A stretch of 63,932 nt of DNA, counting the filler, from Octopus bimaculoides (taxonomy: Eukaryota): assembly GCF_001194135.2 (NCBI RefSeq). It is 6 parts of 6 records of this genome, joined end to end, with 100 filler letters (N's around TTAATTAATTAA, not from the genome) between each part and the next. Parts side by side here need not be neighbours in the genome. Positions count along the whole stretch, not along the records: positions 62,271 to 63,932 come from NW_026432153.1; 5 more parts are not named here. One strand, written 5' to 3'. Shown here piece after piece: positions 62,271-63,932 of this stretch. How positions within the stretch are numbered: position 1 is the first letter of the stretch; each line of letters opens with the position of its first letter. The notes beneath the pieces are model-generated. The model worked only from the letters and a program-made list of their open reading frames with translations, did no database searches and had not been told where the DNA came from. The translations under genes and the position numbers were made by a program.

Positions 62271-62544
62271 TTTTAGGGCATTATTATTAACGGCGGGGAA
62301 TCTGAAGTCCTTCGATAAGAGCTTAACCAACGATGTAAACAAGTGCCCGGGTGATTGTATGCACCGGCGAGTAGGACCTGGGGATCGAACTCACAACTGG
62401 AGTGTTCGTAAATGAATCTTACTACGGCGCTATTTTAGCGAATGTGTAGGATGAACTGGTGGTGGTTGTAAATGGTCATTGAACTTGCTAGAAACTACAG
62501 TGAAAGTTCCCTCAAGTCATGCCCTATTGTCTTAAAATATAAAG

Positions 62545-62945
62545 TACACATTGGTTGATGTAGTCCTAGATACACTATGTCTGAATTAAAATTTTAAATT
62601 AAACATGATGGTCACTGCTGGAACACCTTCGATCAAATAGTTGCTAAGCTACAAACACCACCACCATCAGGAAGGAACGATACATTAGATAACGTAGTCC
62701 TAGATAGACTATGCCTAAATAAAAGACAGGATGGTCATATCTGGAAGTCTTTGATCATAGATGGACTGGATCAGGACTGATCTGGAGTTAAACAACAACA
62801 ACAGGGAAGGACACATTAGATAATGTAGTCCTAGATACACTATGCCAGAATAAATGACAGGATGGTCACAGATGGGATATCTTTGAGCATAGGTCTACTG
62901 GATCAGGACTGACCTAGGGCTAAACAGCAGCAACAACAACAAAAG
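62545..62945 (+). repeat. Three tandem copies (about 130 bp) of a retroelement 3' tail ending in (AAC)n
   Basis: ACATTAGATAA.GTAGTCCTAGATA.ACTATG repeats near 62547, 62683 and 62813. Confidence 0.85.
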
Positions 62946-63159
62946 TCATACTTTATAAATGCTTGTTCGGTGTTAATAAGTGTACATTTACGTATTTGTC
63001 GTTTAATATGTTAATGTTATGTTAAATTATGTTGAATAACTTTTATGTTAATTAGTTAATTTCACGGCTTACTTTCGGCATGATAGCATTTCCACAACAG
63101 GTTGAGAGAGGGAGGGGCGGTGGGAGGAAGAGCGTGTGTGTGTGTGTGTGTCTATGTGT

Positions 63160-63260
63160 GTGTTCATGTCTATGTTTGCCTCCCCACCCCACCACATCGC
63201 TTGAACGCCGATTTTGGTGTATTTACGTCCCCGTAACATTAGCGGTTCGACAAGAGTAAC
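63160..63260 (+). mobile_element. SINE family O, central fragment
   Basis: CATCGCTTGA...TTTACGTCCCCGTAAC.TTAGCGGTTCG. Confidence 0.75.
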
Positions 63261-63357
63261 CGGTTATATATGCACCAGATTTTTTTAAAAAAAAGAGAAA
63301 AACCCAAGTACGGCGAGCGACTCGTTCAACTGAAATGTAATTTAAAAACGTATATAC

Positions 63358-63422
<65 letters not shown>

Positions 63423-63932
63423 CACACACACTCACACACACATATGTACATACAAACACATATATTTATATTACAATTGGAATTTAGAAGAATTTTCTAG
63501 ACTTTAACACTTGCTTTTACTTAATAAAAGTCACACACCCCAAACTAATTCATAAGCAGCTCTCTTCATTATTTTGTATTTGACGGGTATATTACAGGTG
63601 AAATGAGGGTAAAAGGGCGCGAGTGAGATGAGTTACGTGACAGATATGTTACGGGTGAAATTCGGGTGGGGAGGAGGGGGAGTGTGAAACTGGTGAAATT
63701 GGGTGTGAAAACGCTTAGACAGTTTTTCATGTCTCCAAGAAAGGTATGTTACGGGTGGAATGAAATGCATTTCGGGTGTCACTGTCTCTAATAATAATAA
63801 TAATAATAATAGTAATGATGATGATAGTACATGCAATATAAATTTATTGACACGCACTCATATATGCATATACATACATAGATACACACACATACACACA
63901 CACGCGCTCTAATACATACATACAAACATACA

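Overview
AT-rich, microsatellite-dense eukaryotic DNA. The repeat content (tRNA-derived SINEs, RTE/R4-Dong/Tx1/CR1-like LINE pieces, mariner, hAT, Helitron, gypsy) points to an octopod cephalopod, probably Octopus; this is an inference. The window is not one contiguous sequence: five identical 100-nt spacers (N44-TTAATTAATTAA-N44) join six scaffold pieces, and there are many other N gaps. Most of the sequence is decayed transposons. Two signals stand out. (1) Two well-spliced + strand exons (57763-57941 and 59298-59461) join in frame and encode part of an uncharacterised invertebrate domain. (2) A dispersed set of minimal hammerhead ribozyme motifs with self-complementary (palindromic) stem III. 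The best copies are at 33411-33453 (- strand, inside a 233-bp element bounded by inverted repeats) and 48666-48766 (+ strand, unusually long branched stem II). Decayed copies lie around a Penelope-like RT remnant at 3.0-5.5 kb and inside an intronic foldback. All family assignments come from motif recognition by eye, without database searches. Element boundaries are approximate unless exact motifs are quoted.
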